NCBI RefSeq assembly: GCF_963921235.1
Contig: NC_086107.1
Coordinates: forward strand, 104,968,001-105,032,000
Origin: Mobula hypostoma
Lineage: Eukaryota
Direction: 5' to 3'
DNA length: 64,000 nt
Shown here: positions 12,625 through 25,135 of the stretch, piece after piece
Position numbering within the stretch: the stretch's first letter is position 1
How the letters are laid out: each line of letters begins with the position of its first letter
The notes under the pieces: generated by a model
Databases searched by the model: none
What the model was told of the DNA's origin: nothing
The model's input: the letters and a program-made list of their open reading frames with translations, nothing else
Translations under genes and position numbers: made by a program

Positions 12625-14205
12625 ACCTTGACAGGCAGTCAGCAATCACATTTTCCGTGCCTTTTACATGTGTTATTAATAATCCCTTAGACCAGGCTCC
12701 AACTCAGCAAACTTCATAGTGGCCAAAAACACTGATGAATTGCGATCAGTGTAACCTCTCATTTGGTTTTGTCCCGGACCACAATAACAAGGGTTGTCCC
12801 ATTCCGACTTAGTTTTCTCTCGCAAGGGCTTAGTAGGAGGGGGAGGGGTAGTGACCGCAGAGTTATTGCAAAACTTCCTACAGTACCCCACCATCTCCAA
12901 GAGCCTTCTGAGGGCCCTCTTGTCTGTCGGGGTTGGGAGGTCAGCAATAGCCTGCACTGTAGCTTGCATCGCTGCCAGCTGCCCCTGTGTCACCACAATT
13001 CCCAGGTAAGTGACCTTCGTGTAGCTGAACTCATTTTTTTCACAGTTCACTATCAAGCTGGCTTCAGACAGCCGTATTAAATTGCCAATACGCACCTCTG
13101 TGTTCGTCAGCCCTTTAGTCACTGAATTACTCATTCTATATGGATGTTGTTTACTAGGCTAGGCTATTGTAACAGACACCACCCAACGTCCCAGTTCTTT
13201 GCATCGCCTCGGGACAATCAAACGCACGGGTGCGAGTCGTTTAATTACTTCTCCTAAAGAGTCGCTTTGTTTGGGGATTAAGGGAGAGACCTTATCAGTA
13301 GACCTGGCCAAAACAATAGCCTTCTCCCATCTGATCGATCCCATACTAATCTTTTCAAAATGGTTTTTTTCTCTTATCAGGGGGCCCCTAGCTTCATTGA
13401 TTTCCACGCTAACACCGACTAGGTTTGTTAGCATATCAAAAGCCTGTGACCGTCTCAGTTTGCGTCGGTCATGATCAATAACATCCTTCCCCCTGGGCAG
13501 CCGGTAAACCTCTTTCATGATTCCACTAACTGTTTCCTCCAGCACCGCAAAATGTCCACCGGGGGGTACCTCGTGGGCCATGTTAAAAACCTCATCCCCA
13601 TAACTCTTTTGCACCACCCCCCATTCCTCATCTGTGGGCACAGTACTTGGTCTCCCTTTCTTCCTTAGCACTTCCTCCTCCACACAATAGCCTACTAGTT
13701 CCCTTGTCAAGTCTGTGTCAGAGAGAGCTGTCTCTGCCAAAACCATCAGCCCCTCGTCTCGCTCCTGCGTCTGCACAAATTCTTTCCTGGCTACTGCTAT
13801 GTCTGTCCCAGCTCCCTCACTACCTCTTGTCTCACTACACTCCTTTTCATTTTCTACCCCCGTCTCGTACAAGACTGGCAGAAACGTTTCAGCTAAATTT
13901 ACCACTGCAGCTAAATTCACTACCGCAGCCCCATGATGAACCTGTGAGTCCATGGGCGGGGCCTCAATGCTGGCAGGCTGACCTGTCAATCTCACGACTG
14001 GGAACACGCTTCCCTCGGCGATGTCATTACCGAGCAAGACTTCCACGCCTTTCATCGGTAATTCGGACCTCACCCCGATCATGACTAGTCCAGAGACCAG
14101 GTTGCTTTGTAAGTCTACCTGGTGCAGAAGGACTGTCTCTGTCCCTTCTCCAATACCTTTGACCTTGACCTCCCCAGTCTGGGTCTCTGAGCTAAACTCA
14201 TACAC
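12625..14205 (-). pseudogene. pol: pol remnants in order protease, integrase zinc-binding, RT C-terminus, RNase H end
   Basis: LLGNDIA; AHEVPPGGHFAV (integrase HH); KVTYLGIVV..PTPTDKRALRRLLEMVGYCRKF; THVKGTENVIADCLSR just before the PPT. Confidence 0.8.
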
Positions 14206-15576
14206 TCTTCAGTATTAGTGACTGACATGCTCCCGTGTCTCTCCAGATCCGCACTGGAACTGGTTTTAACCCCTCCTTCACTGACACCAATCCAGCCGAG
14301 ATAAACCTCTCGCGCCCTTCCTGAACTTTGGCAGACCTGTCCTTCCCCAGTGGTTCGCTTAATAGCTCGATACAGCCAGTCAAAATCGCTGTCTTCCCTT
14401 TTCCCGTCTCCTTCTTTGGGGCAAAGCACCTGGACGCAAAGTGTCCGACTTTCCCGCAATTATAACAGACGACCCCAGGAGACTTCCTGCCAGACTGCTC
14501 CCGGTCTACCTTATCCTTCTCACTAGTCCCCGGCTTACTTTCTGACTTTTCCGGCGGACTCTCCCCGCCGTCCTGACTACCCTTCTGGTAGCCTTTACTC
14601 GGGGCAAACTTCATTTTATGCGTCAACGCATACTCATCCGCTAACTTAACAGTTGCGGCTAACGTGGCTGCCTCTTTCTCATCGAGGTAGGGTCTCATAC
14701 CCTCAGGGACACAACCTTTAAACTGCTCAATCAGGATCAGCTGCAGCAGTCTGTCATAATCCCCCTCTACCCCCTTTGAGGCGCGCCAGCGCTCACAATA
14801 TGTCTGCATCTCACGGGCAAACTCCAAATACATGCGGTCCCACTGCTTCCTCGCATTCCGGAACCTCTGCCGGTATGCCTCCGGGACTCATAAATCCTGA
14901 GGATGGCCTCTTTCACCACCTCATACCTCTGGGCATCTTCTGCAGACAAAGTGGAGTAAGCTTCTTGGGCTTTCCCTTTCAGTACACTCTGAAGTAAAAC
15001 AGCCCACTTATCCTTCGGCCAGTCCTGACTTATAGCCACTTTTTCGAAATGGAGGAAGTACTGATCCACGTCGGTATCGTCAAATTGGGGAACCAGCCTA
15101 ACCTCCTGGGTCGCCCAGAACCCTCCACCTTGGTTCTGCAGGAGCCCCTGCTCGGCCCTTATCTTTAACTTCTCCAACTCGAATTCCATTTCCCTCTGTT
15201 TCTCCTCTCGCTGCAACTGTCTCTCTCTCTCTTCTCTCTCCAACTGTCTCTCTCTCTCTTGCCTTTCTAACTCTCTCTCCTTCTCTTCTTGCTCCAACTG
15301 TCGTATCCGGAACTCGTGCTCGAGTTTCAGTTTTTCAAGCTGTACCTGTACCGCGTCTCCAGCAGATTTTTCAATAGACACCACCTCCAGCTCGCCTTGA
15401 GGAAACACACCTTTAGATACATAGTGCTCTACGATAGCTCTGTGTATCTCCTCTCTCCTCATTGTCGGCTTCCCCTTAGCAAGATTCAACCGTTTGGCCA
15501 CAGCTACCAATTCCGATTTCCTGGCATCTTCTAATGCCTCCAAGGTCGGCGCCTTTATAAATTCCTCAGCCTCCAT
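14198..15576 (-). pseudogene. gag: gag (SCAN-like capsid, CCHC knuckle) and start of protease, frameshifted near 14886 and 14200
   Basis: VRLVPQFDDTDVDQYFLHFEKVA, LILIEQFKGCVPEGMRPYLDEK, CYNCGKVGHFASRC, and protease active site WRDTGA. Confidence 0.9.
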
Positions 15577-17638
15577 TTCTGCTGTTCGTCTTTTCTTTCT
15601 TTCGGGAATTTTGACCCAATCAATTTACTCCGTCCCAAATTTAGTGTTCAAAATCGCGGACGAGAACCCCACTTATGTTATTTACCCCGTAACTGGGTTG
15701 CCAAACCAGCAGAAATGGATCACTCAGTTGGAGTCTGGATTACTAGATCTAAGAAAGTTTTATTAAAGAAACAAGCAACACAGTAATCGAAAGGATAATA
15801 AATGCAACAGTTCAGCAATGATAAACACACGTGCACAGAATTAAGGTAACAGGATCAATCAAGCTCTATCGTTGTCTAGGGGTAAATGACCAATTTCAAA
15901 GTGACACAAAATCCAGTTCAATTTAGTTCATTTGCAGTAATTGTTGCCATGGCGATGGACAATGTGGGGGGAAGGAGAGAGAACAAGAACGATCATTCGA
16001 AACGGCTTCCACTCACAGACTGGCGATATGGCTCACAAGCAGCTTTTGGGCGGGTCCTTGGTGATGTCACCTGAGATCACTGACTGTGACCCCTCCTCCA
16101 GATGCGGTCGATCCTCTGCAGTGAACCTGGCACCCCAGGCAAGGGTGGACACACACCGGGTTCCCGCTGATCGTACCTTTCCACCCTGTGCGTTTATGGC
16201 CCGGTACTTCCCACCGACTCGTGAGAGGCGCACCGCTTCCAGGGTCTCGTTACCTCGGGTGTTGTGTGTGTCCTGCCTTAGCGAACCTGTCCCTTTTTAT
16301 ACCCCTGCTGGGGTATCGCCTGTCCATCACTTCAAACAGTTCAGGGTTCAAAGGGGGAGCCGCTCTAGACAGCTCTCTCTCCCGTCCCTTCATTACACAT
16401 CTCCAGATCGCCTGTCCAGCACTTCAAACAGTTCAGGGTTCAAAGGGGGAGCCGATCTTGACAATACCCAGACTGATGGCTCCTTCATTAACACCTCCAA
16501 ATGCTGCTTCATTGTTCCTTATCTCTCCCTCCCCTGAGGACAGGTGGCAGACCAACTGCTGATGCCACTGGTGCTAGCCCAGGCCAGCAAACACCTTAAT
16601 TTATGTGTATTTTCATCACAGTAGATGCACCTTTGGCAGCAATTACAGCCTTGAGTCTGTGTGGATAGGTCTCTGTCAGCTTTGCACATCTGGACACTGC
16701 ATTTCTTCCCCATTCGTTACAGAACTGCTCAAGCTCTGTCAAATTGCACGGGGATCGGGAGTGAACAGGCCTTTTCAAGTCCAGCTACAAATTCTCAATT
16801 GGATTGAGGTCTGGGCTCTGATTTGGCCACTCCAAGGCATTAACTTTGTTGTTTTTAAGCCATTCCTGTGTAGCTTTGGCTTTATGCTTGGGGTCATTGT
16901 GTTGCTGGAAAACAAATCTTCTCTTGCTGACGGCATCAGGTTTTCCTCCAGGATTTCTCTGTATTTTGCTGCATTCATTTTACCCTCTACCTTCACAGGC
17001 CTTCCAGGGCCTGCTGCAATGAAGCATCCCTACAGCATGATACAGCCACCACCATGCTTCACGGTAGGGATGGTGTAATTGATGATGCGCGGTGTTTGGC
17101 TTATGCCAAACATAGCGTTTAGTCTGACGGCCAGAAAGCTGAATTTTGGCTTCACCAGACCAGAGAACCTTCTTCCAGCTGACTTCAAAGTCTGCCACAT
17201 CCCTTCTAGCAAACTCTAGCCGAGATTTCATGTGGGTTTTTTTCAACATTGGTTTTCTCTTTGCCACTCTCCCATAAAGCTGTGACTGGTGAAGTACCCG
17301 GGCAACAGTTGTTGTATGCCTAGTCTCTCCCATCTCAGCCACTGAAGCTTGTAACTCCTCCAGAGTTGTCATAGGTCTCTTGGTGGCCTCCCTCACTAGT
17401 CCTCCTCTTGCACAGTCACTCAGTTTTTGAGGACTGCCTGCTCTAGGCAGATTTACAGCTGTGCCGTATGCTTTCCATTTCTACTCCAACGGATATTCAG
17501 TGACTTGGAGATTTTCTTTAATCCATCTCCTGACTTTTCAATAACCTTTTCATGGAGTTGCTTGGAGTGTTCTTTTGTCTTCATGGTGTAATTTTTGTCA
17601 GGATACTGACTCACCAGCAGTCGGACCTTCCAGATACA

Positions 17639-18264
17639 GATTAGAGTAGATTATGAGGACACACAGTCCTCTTTTAATGTCATTTAGTAATGCACGTATA
17701 AATAAATGATACAATATTCCTCCGGTGTGATATCACAAAACACAGGATGGACCAAGACTGAAAAAGTAACAAAACCACATAATTATAACATATAGTTACA
17801 ACAGTGCAACAATACCATAACTTGATGAAGAACAGGCCATGGCACAGTAAAAAAGTTCAAAGTCTCTTGAAAGTCCCACATCTCACGCAGATGGGAGAAG
17901 GAAGAAAACTCTCCCTGCCATGCCCGACCACAGTCCGACTCTGAGGCGTTCAAAAACTTCGAGCTCTGATCAGCCCTCCGACACTGAGTACTGAGCACCA
18001 TCTCTGTCCGAACGATTTGACCTCAGCCTCGGTCGCCAGCAGCTGGCAAAGCTGGGGATTTTGAGGCCTTCCCTCCGGAGATTCTCGATCGCACAGTAAC
18101 AACAGCAGCGAACCTGCGTTTCAGAAATTTCTCCAGATGTTCGTCTGCTTCTCACGTCTGTCTTCATCAAATCAGAATTGTCCACGGCCCCTATTTAACA
18201 GACACTATCATTTTTCACCGGAGAGCTGCGCGAGCGTGTCACGCTGCCATCTTCTCCTCCCGCC
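17639..18264 (-). mobile_element. About 650-bp non-coding SINE-like/non-autonomous LINE-derived element
   Basis: Starts GGCGGGAGGAGAAGATGGC; ends with a GAGGAC..GTCCTC stem-loop and ATCTA tail. Other copies on + at 57384-58068 and about 60985-61590. Confidence 0.8.
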
Positions 18265-18827
18265 TTGTATTTTTACTACAATCAATTGAAACACCTTGAC
18301 TGCAGGCAGGTTTATATATAGCTAGTTAATACCTTAACTAATTATGTGACTTCTGAAAGCAATTGGCTGCACTAGTGATGATTTGGTGCGTCATATTAAA
18401 GGGGGGTGGGTGGTGAATACTTTTGCAATCAATTATTTTGTGTTTTACAATAGTTTAGATCACTTTGTAGAGATCGGTTTTCACTTTGACACGAAAGAGT
18501 CTTTTTCTGTTGAGCAGTGTCAAAGAAGCTGAACTAAGTTCACTGTGATTCAATGTTGTAAAACAATAAAACATGAAAACTTCCAGGGAGGTTGAATACT
18601 TTTTATAGGCGCTGTAATCTGTGCCAATGGAGAACTGTGACTGGCACTTGTGTGGTGGGTCTGGGAGCTTTTCGGTGGTAGACATCCGCCCCCGGCTGCC
18701 AAAGAAATGGTATTTCATGGGTCTTGGCCAGGAATGGCGACTGTTTATTCCCCTCCACAGATGCAGCCTGATCTGCTGAGTTCCTCGTGTGCGTGAGTGA
18801 CTTCTACCCTGTTGTTTGCCCCTGCAG

Positions 18828-19029
18828 GCAGTTTGGTGGCTACGCCAAAGAGGCCCAGTTCGTTGAGTACGCGACAAAGCTGCGTACCGCGCTGGGCGAT
18901 GCCGTGCCCTACCATCACGACCTCTTCTACTGCGTCGGCTATGACCCGCCCATGAAGCCTGTCGGCAGGAGGAATGAAGTGTGGTTTTTGAAGAAGGACG
19001 ACGGGGCATCGGGTGTGCAGTCGAATTGA
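18828..19029 (+). CDS. HEBP1: HEBP1 coding exon 4 (terminal)
   Basis: Acceptor tttgcccctgcag|; encodes (T)[66 protein letters not shown] with the SOUL GYDPP..RRNEVW motif. Joined CDS is 600 nt (199 aa plus stop). Confidence 0.96.
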
Positions 19030-19453
19030 CAGTGAATGGAGTTCCTGTGCCTTGAACTGTCTCTAGGGGGAGCTGAGACAGGTCATCAGTCGCAGGGTCA
19101 GGGGAGAGAAGCGTCTCACTGAATAGAGCTAAAACTCAGGGTTTGTTTAGTTCATCAAGATGGCTGAGTTTGTAATTGAAACGTCGGTTATAATCAATAT
19201 CTGTTATAATTGGTTATAATCGATACCCTTACCCGGCTGAAAGTCTAAGAAGAGTTTATTCTCTTCTCAGAAAGCACTAAATCCTTTATAATTATTATAA
19301 TTATAATTACTATGCACTAAATCTTTTATAATTATCTTTGTCATGGGTAGCAAGAACACTGAAATGCAAACTGCCTTTCAAGCAGTAGTTATGTGAAATA
19401 TACTCACACAAAGTTTTGTTGTGATCACTACTCCCTTTTGAACTAATCTACAG

Positions 19454-19459
19454 AATAAA
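19454..19459 (+). promoter_or_regulatory. Candidate HEBP1 polyadenylation signal
   Basis: AATAAA about 425 nt after the stop, at the end of an AT-rich 3'UTR-like stretch, followed by GT-rich sequence. Confidence 0.55.
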
Positions 19460-20029
19460 CTATTATCATAATCATGGATGTGTTGTGGCTTCAGTTTGTA
19501 TCGATTATGTTATCTTTGCGGTGTGTGAGGAGGTACATCTACCCCCTCTCCGGAACACAATGGAAACGGAGCAGGAAGAGGCGAAGGGGGTAAAGTTAAA
19601 GTCAAGTTTATTGTCACGTGCACAACTGTGTGTACGCACGGGTGCAATGGAAAACTTACCTGAGGCGGCGTCACGGGCTTGTCGCACCTCATCAGCACGA
19701 TTCACAAAACAAAAAACAAATTAAACAAGATGCTTCCAACACTACCTCTGTAAAGGTTTGCTAGGAGTGATTGATGCCAAGCCAGACCTCCTGGATCTCC
19801 TGAGAGAGTGATTGCGACCGTGTACACAGACCAACCAGACTCTTTCCCCTTCTAAAGAGTGTGATTATGCCCAACACCACATCGGGTGAGCAGAGCCAGT
19901 TAGACCGAGGGATACTCCCTCTTTACTCAATCACACCTGCACACTCCCTCACTCACCCACTTGTCAATGTTCCAGTCCGAACTATAACACACTGCTGTCC
20001 CTGGAGAGATTTCCTCAGGCTGTGGTGAG

Positions 20030-20310
20030 CTTTCTTTTTCTTTCTCTTCCCCTCCCCTTTCTCTCTCTACCTCTCTTCCCCTCCCGTTTTCTCTGATTCC
20101 CCTAATTCTTTCCCCCTCCCTCTGCCTTTCTCTCTCTCCCTCTCTCCCCTAAATCTCTCCTCTTCCCTCCCCCTCTCCTTCCCTCTCTCCCCCCTCTCTC
20201 TCCTCCCCTCTCTCTCCTTTTCTCTCGCCCACCCTCCACCCCCTTGCCCTCTCACCTTCCATGCTGCTCTCCCCCTCCTCTTCTCTCCTCGTCTCGTCTC
20301 TCCCCCCGGC
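20030..20310. repeat. CT-rich low-complexity tract
   Basis: Nearly pure pyrimidine tract; a similar tract lies at about 34600-35080. Confidence 0.85.
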
Positions 20311-20547
20311 CGTGAACCTTCATCACGTGCATCAGGCCACGATGATGACGTGCTTCGGCCAGTTAGAGTTCCAGTGCAAGTCTGGCTCGATGCCCACGGA
20401 ACCAAAGCTCTTTCTAAAGCTCGGTCCCCGGGGTTTTCCTGTCTTCATCTGCCAGTGACCCCGCTCACACTCCTGGGTTTAACTGTTCTCCTCCAAGACT
20501 GCAGAGAGCTTTGGAAGGACCTACAGACGGGCTGGTGGAAGAGTGGT

Positions 20548-21768
20548 TACCAGCCCCGACTAGGAGTTGAGGATGCCATTGTCTACCTGCTGAACCGTGT
20601 CTACACCCACCTGGACAAGCCAGCGAGCACTGTGAGGGTCATGTTTTTTGACTTCTCCAGTGCATTCAACACCATCCGCCCTGCTCTGCTGGGGGAGAAG
20701 CTGACAGCGATGCAGGTGGATGCTTTCCTGGTATCATGGATTATTGATTACCTGACTGGCAGACCACAGTATGTGTGCTTGCAACACTGTGTATCCGACA
20801 GAGTGATCAGCAGCATTGGGGCTCCACAGGGGACTGTCTTGTCTCCCTTCACTTCACTATTTACAACTCGGACTTCAACTACTGCACAGAGTCTTGTCCT
20901 CTTCAAAAGTTTTCTGATGACTCTGCCATAGTTGGATGCATCAGCAAGGGAGATGAGGCTGAGAACAGGGCTACGGTAGGAAACTTTGTCACATGGTGTG
21001 AGCAGAATTATCTGCAGCTTAATGTGAAAAAGACTAAGGAGCTGGTGATAGATCTGAGGAGAGCTAAGGTACCGTGACCCCTGTTTCCGTCCAGGGGGTC
21101 AGTATGGACATGGTGGAGGATTACAAATACCTGGGGATACGAATTGACAATAAACTGGACTGGTCAAAGAACACTGAGGCTGTCTACAAGAAGGGTCAGA
21201 GCCGTCTCTATTTCCTGAGGAGACTGAGGTCCTTTAACATCTGCTGGACAATACTGAGGATGTTCTATGAGTCTGTGGTGGCCAGTGCTATCATGTTTGC
21301 TGTTGTGTGCTGGGGCAGCAGGCTGAGGGTAGCAGACACCAGCAGAATCAACAAACTCATTCGTAAGGCCAGTGATGTTGTGGGGATGGAACTGGACTCT
21401 CTGACGGTGGTGTCTGAAAAGAGGATGCTGTCCAAGTTGCATGCCATCTTGGGCAATGTCTCCCATCCATTACATAATGTACTGGTTGGGCACAGGAGTA
21501 CATTCAGTCAGAGATTCATTCCATCGAGATGCAACACAGAGCGTCATAGGAAGTCATTCCTGCCTGTGGCCATCAAACTTTACAACTCCTCCCTTGGAGG
21601 GTCAGACACCCTGAGCCAATAGGCTGGTCCTGGACTGTTTTCCTGACATTATTTACATATTACTATTTAGCTATTTATGGTTTTATTACTATTTATTATT
21701 TGTGGTGCAACTGTAACGAAAACCAATTTCCCCCAGGATCAATAAAATATGACTATGACTATGACTAT
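20548..21768 (+). mobile_element. Rex1/Babar-like LINE, 5'-truncated, frameshifted RT
   Basis: VRVMFFDFSSAFNTI, GAPQGTVLSP, QKFSDDSAIVG; (GACTAT)n tail after AATAAA. Confidence 0.92.
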
Positions 21769-23254
21769 TCCACACGTCCTGCCAACCCTGTGAGTGCGTT
21801 GCTGACACTGTGGGATGAGCCCACAGCCGTGTAGCTGGGACAATCAGGATCCTCTTCCTTGAAAGCACGAGGGATTCTGCAGAAGCTGGAAATCCAGTAA
21901 CACACACAAAATGTTGGAGGAACTCAGCAGGCCAGGTAGCATCTGTGGAAAGGAATAAAGTGTCGATGTTTCAGGCCGAGACCCTTCATCAGGATGGGAA
22001 AGAAAGGGGGAAGAAGCCAGAATACGATGGGTGGGTTGGGAAAGAGAACGGGGTAGAAGGTGATAGGTGATATGGGGGGGGGAGAGAATGGGGTAGACGG
22101 TGAAAGGTGAAGTCACGTGAGGGGGAAGGTAGGTGGGTGGGGGGTATTGAAGTCAGGAGCAAGGTGGAAAGGATAAAAGGTTGAAGAAGGCATTTGGTAG
22201 GAGAGGAGAGTGGTTCATGAGAGACAGAGAGAGGAAGAACACAGGTAAGAAGAAAAGGAGAGGTGAAAGGAGGAGACAAAATGGGGAATGGAAGAAGAGC
22301 GAAGGGGGAGGGGGGAGAAATCACGGGAAGCTAGAGAAATTGATATTCACGTCAGGTTGGAGGCCACCCAGACGGAATATGGTGTTACTCCTCCAAGCTT
22401 TAACCAGGTCAGGAACACAGGTCCATTGTGAGTGCTGCTAGCCCGCAATATTCCTTTGCAACAAACCACAACCCAAAAGCAACTAATCTTTTTAATATAA
22501 AATGGCACATGCTAACATTTTTTGGACTGAGATGTACAACAATAGAACGAGCAGCCAGGGTTACATTTACAGTCATTAATACACTTCAGGAGACAGACAA
22601 GCTTTCACGGTCTGATTACAGAGCTGAGCGTCAAAAAGTACTGCAGATGCTGGGAATCTGAGGGAAATCCTGGAAACGCGCTGCTGGCCAGGCACGGAGA
22701 AGCAGAGTTGGAATTTCAGGATGCAGATCCTTCGTTAGAACGTTGACTGAACTCTTTGCCTGACGTGCTGAGTGCCTGCAGCATCGTCTGTCTCTTGGAG
22801 TTAGTGAATCCACATTTTACCGGGGTTTTGCAACACAGGATATTACGTCACAACAACAAATTGCATTTATGAGAGTATCATATTGTCAGCACTGAGTAAC
22901 TGAGTTCTGAAAACTTGCACTCGTTTGTTGATCACACTTTATTTTCTTGTGCTCAAGGAGAACAATACGAGCCCTGACAACCCATGTGGTCACGGGGAGA
23001 ATGTACAACCTCCTACAGGCAGTGGTGGGAATTGAACCCCGGGTCACCGGTACTGTAACGCATTGTGCTAACCACTACTCCACTGTGGCACTCTTCTTCT
23101 TGTGCACAAGGAGGACAACGCCCCTTCCCCATCAGCCAAGCTGTTCTGAAGTTTGAACACGGATATGACATTCTTATACAGAAATTGACTCGTTGGATAC
23201 CAGTACCAATTGTTAACCTTGTGGTCACATTCTCCATTTGCATAATCAATCACC

Positions 23255-23625
23255 TATCACTCTATGATCATTCATTACGTGCTGTGTCGTATGACCTGGG
23301 CGATCATGGTCTTTCCATGACCATGATTGTTCTTGGCAAATTTTTCTACAGTAGTGGTTTGCCATTGCCTTCCTCTGGGCAGTTACAAAACAGGTGACCC
23401 CAGCCATTATCAATACTCTTCAGAGATTGTCTGCCTGGCGTCAGTGGTCGCATAACCAGGACTTGTGATACGCACCAGTTACTCATGTGACCATCCACTA
23501 CCTGCGCCCATGGCTTCACGTGACCCTGATCGAGGGGCTAAGCAGATGCTACACCTTGCCCAAGGGTGACCTGCAGGCTAGTGGAGGGAAGGAGCACCTT
23601 ACACCTCCTTTGGTAGACACATACC
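23255..23625 (-). mobile_element. SINE with RTE/Bov-B-like tail
   Basis: Minus strand GAAGGCAATGGCAAACCAC...TTGCCAAGAA tail; second copy at about 46840-47215. Confidence 0.7.
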
Positions 23626-24512
23626 CTACTACAGTGGTACGGGTGTTAATAGCCAACAGAATCTGAATACTTCAGAGTTACTGACCAATAGTAAATGTAA
23701 TCCTGGAATCCTTGGTTTGCATCCTTAACTTGTCTGGGTTTCCCAAGTGGATTTAGATCCCTGCTGTTCAAAAGGAAGCTGTACTCTCCTTTGGTCCACT
23801 CTCCTGTCCTTCGAGGACCAGCAATCTCCTGTCCTTTACCTTTACCTCCCACCTGGCTTCACCTTATCACCTTCCAGCTCTCCTTTCCCAACTCCCCCTC
23901 CCCACCAAAATCTTTTTATTCTGACACCTTCCCCCTTCATTCCCAGTCCTGCAGAAGGATCTCGGCCCAGAACGTCGATTGTTTGTCCATTTCCATTGGC
24001 TCTCTCTGGCCTGCTGAGTTCCTCTGCAATTTTGTGTATGTTACCGTGCAAGAGTCTTGGACACAGATACATGATGCGTAAGACTGTAATACTTTCACGT
24101 ATTGCACCGTACTGCTGCTGCAAAATAAAAACAAATTTCATGACATATGCGAGCGATGATAAACCTGATTCTGATTTGGGTCTCTGTTGTGGACTGAGAG
24201 TGGAAAGGGGGCAGGAAGAGTTAGAAAAAGGGGAAAGGAGAGGTGAGGGAGTGGGAAGGTCCAGAGAGACGTTCTGTAATGATCAATAAACCGATTGTTT
24301 GGAATCAAATGATCTTGTCTGGTGTCTCAGGTCTGGGTGTGTTTACTCCGAAGCCACTCCTCAACCTGGGACTTGCCACTTGTCCCAAACCCCTCCTGCA
24401 GCACTCCACCCTCGCCATTCCCAACATCCTTTACTCTCGCCAAATTTAAAAACTCGCAAACTCACTCCACATTGACAAATACAGTACTGTACAAAAGTCT
24501 TGGCTATACATA

Positions 24513-25135
24513 CGAGGGGTGATTGATAAGTTCATGGCCCAAGGTAGAAGGAGTCAATTTTAGAAAACCTAGCGCATTTATTTTTCCTTCATCTACACAC
24601 GTAGTCCAGCCGCCGTGGAGCACACGGATCCCTTCTTTGTAGAAGTCGGCGTCTTGGACCTCCAGAAACTGGTCTACAGCAGGGGTGATTGATAAGTTCG
24701 TGGCCTAAAGTAGACGGAGTTGAGGAGAAACTTCAAACTTTCTGCAGGTTCACTCAAAGAGTTGAACTGCATGTGCTTGTAACGAGAGCTGTATAACTCA
24801 TCTCCGTCTACCTTAGGCCACAAATTTATCAATCGCCCCTGCTGTGGACCACCTGGAGGTCCAAGATGCTCTCGTTACAAGCACGTGCAGTTCAGCCCTT
24901 TGAGTGATAATGCAGAAAGTTTGACTTTAATAACTTATCTCCTTCTACCTTAGGCCACAAACTTATCAATCACCCCTGCTGTGGACCACTTCTACAAAGA
25001 AGGGATCCGTATGCTCCGCGACCGCTGGACTAAGTGTGTACACGTAGGAGGGGACTATGTTGAAAAATAAATGTGCTAGGTTTTCTAAAATTGACTCCTT
25101 CTACCTTAAGCCACAAACTTATCAATCACCTCTCA
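24513..25135. mobile_element. Mariner-like palindromic MITE, inserted in the end of another Tc1-like MITE (about 24043-25165)
   Basis: TA|CGAGGGGTGATTGATAAGTT...AACTTATCAATCACCTCTCA|TA with long inverted arms and internal copies of the TIR motif. The host family recurs at about 60690-61857. Confidence 0.85.

Larger units (their letters stand above)
11639..16620 (-). mobile_element. Gmr1-type Ty3/Gypsy LTR retrotransposon, internally deleted, both LTRs present
   Basis: LTRs 15676-16620 (5') and 11639-12502 (3') with TG..CA ends; 4-bp TSD GTAG; PBS resembling the tRNA-Pro complement (15653-15671); PPT 12503-12514. Confidence 0.93.
11546..18614 (-). mobile_element. Tc1-like DNA transposon (defective), interrupted by the LTR element and a SINE-like insertion
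   Basis: Transposase remnants REATKRPMTTLEELQ, PTVKHGGGCIMLWG and AVIAAKGAST|KY* on -. Terminal ...TTTTTATAGGCGCTG|TA at 18614. 11546-11620 is the inverted counterpart of about 18400-18475. Confidence 0.88.

Noticed and set aside
15941..16537. 198-aa ORF and similar ORFs at 11910-12341 and 1923-2243
   Set aside because: They lie inside LTRs, antisense to the element; lengths differ between copies and no domain is recognisable.
18455..19009. 184-aa minus-strand ORF
   Set aside because: Antisense shadow of GC-rich HEBP1 exon 4 running into the Tc1 end.
24513..25135. Regularly recurring 30-40 bp motifs resembling a CRISPR-like array
   Set aside because: They are internal direct and inverted copies of a mariner MITE TIR in eukaryotic DNA, with no unique spacers.
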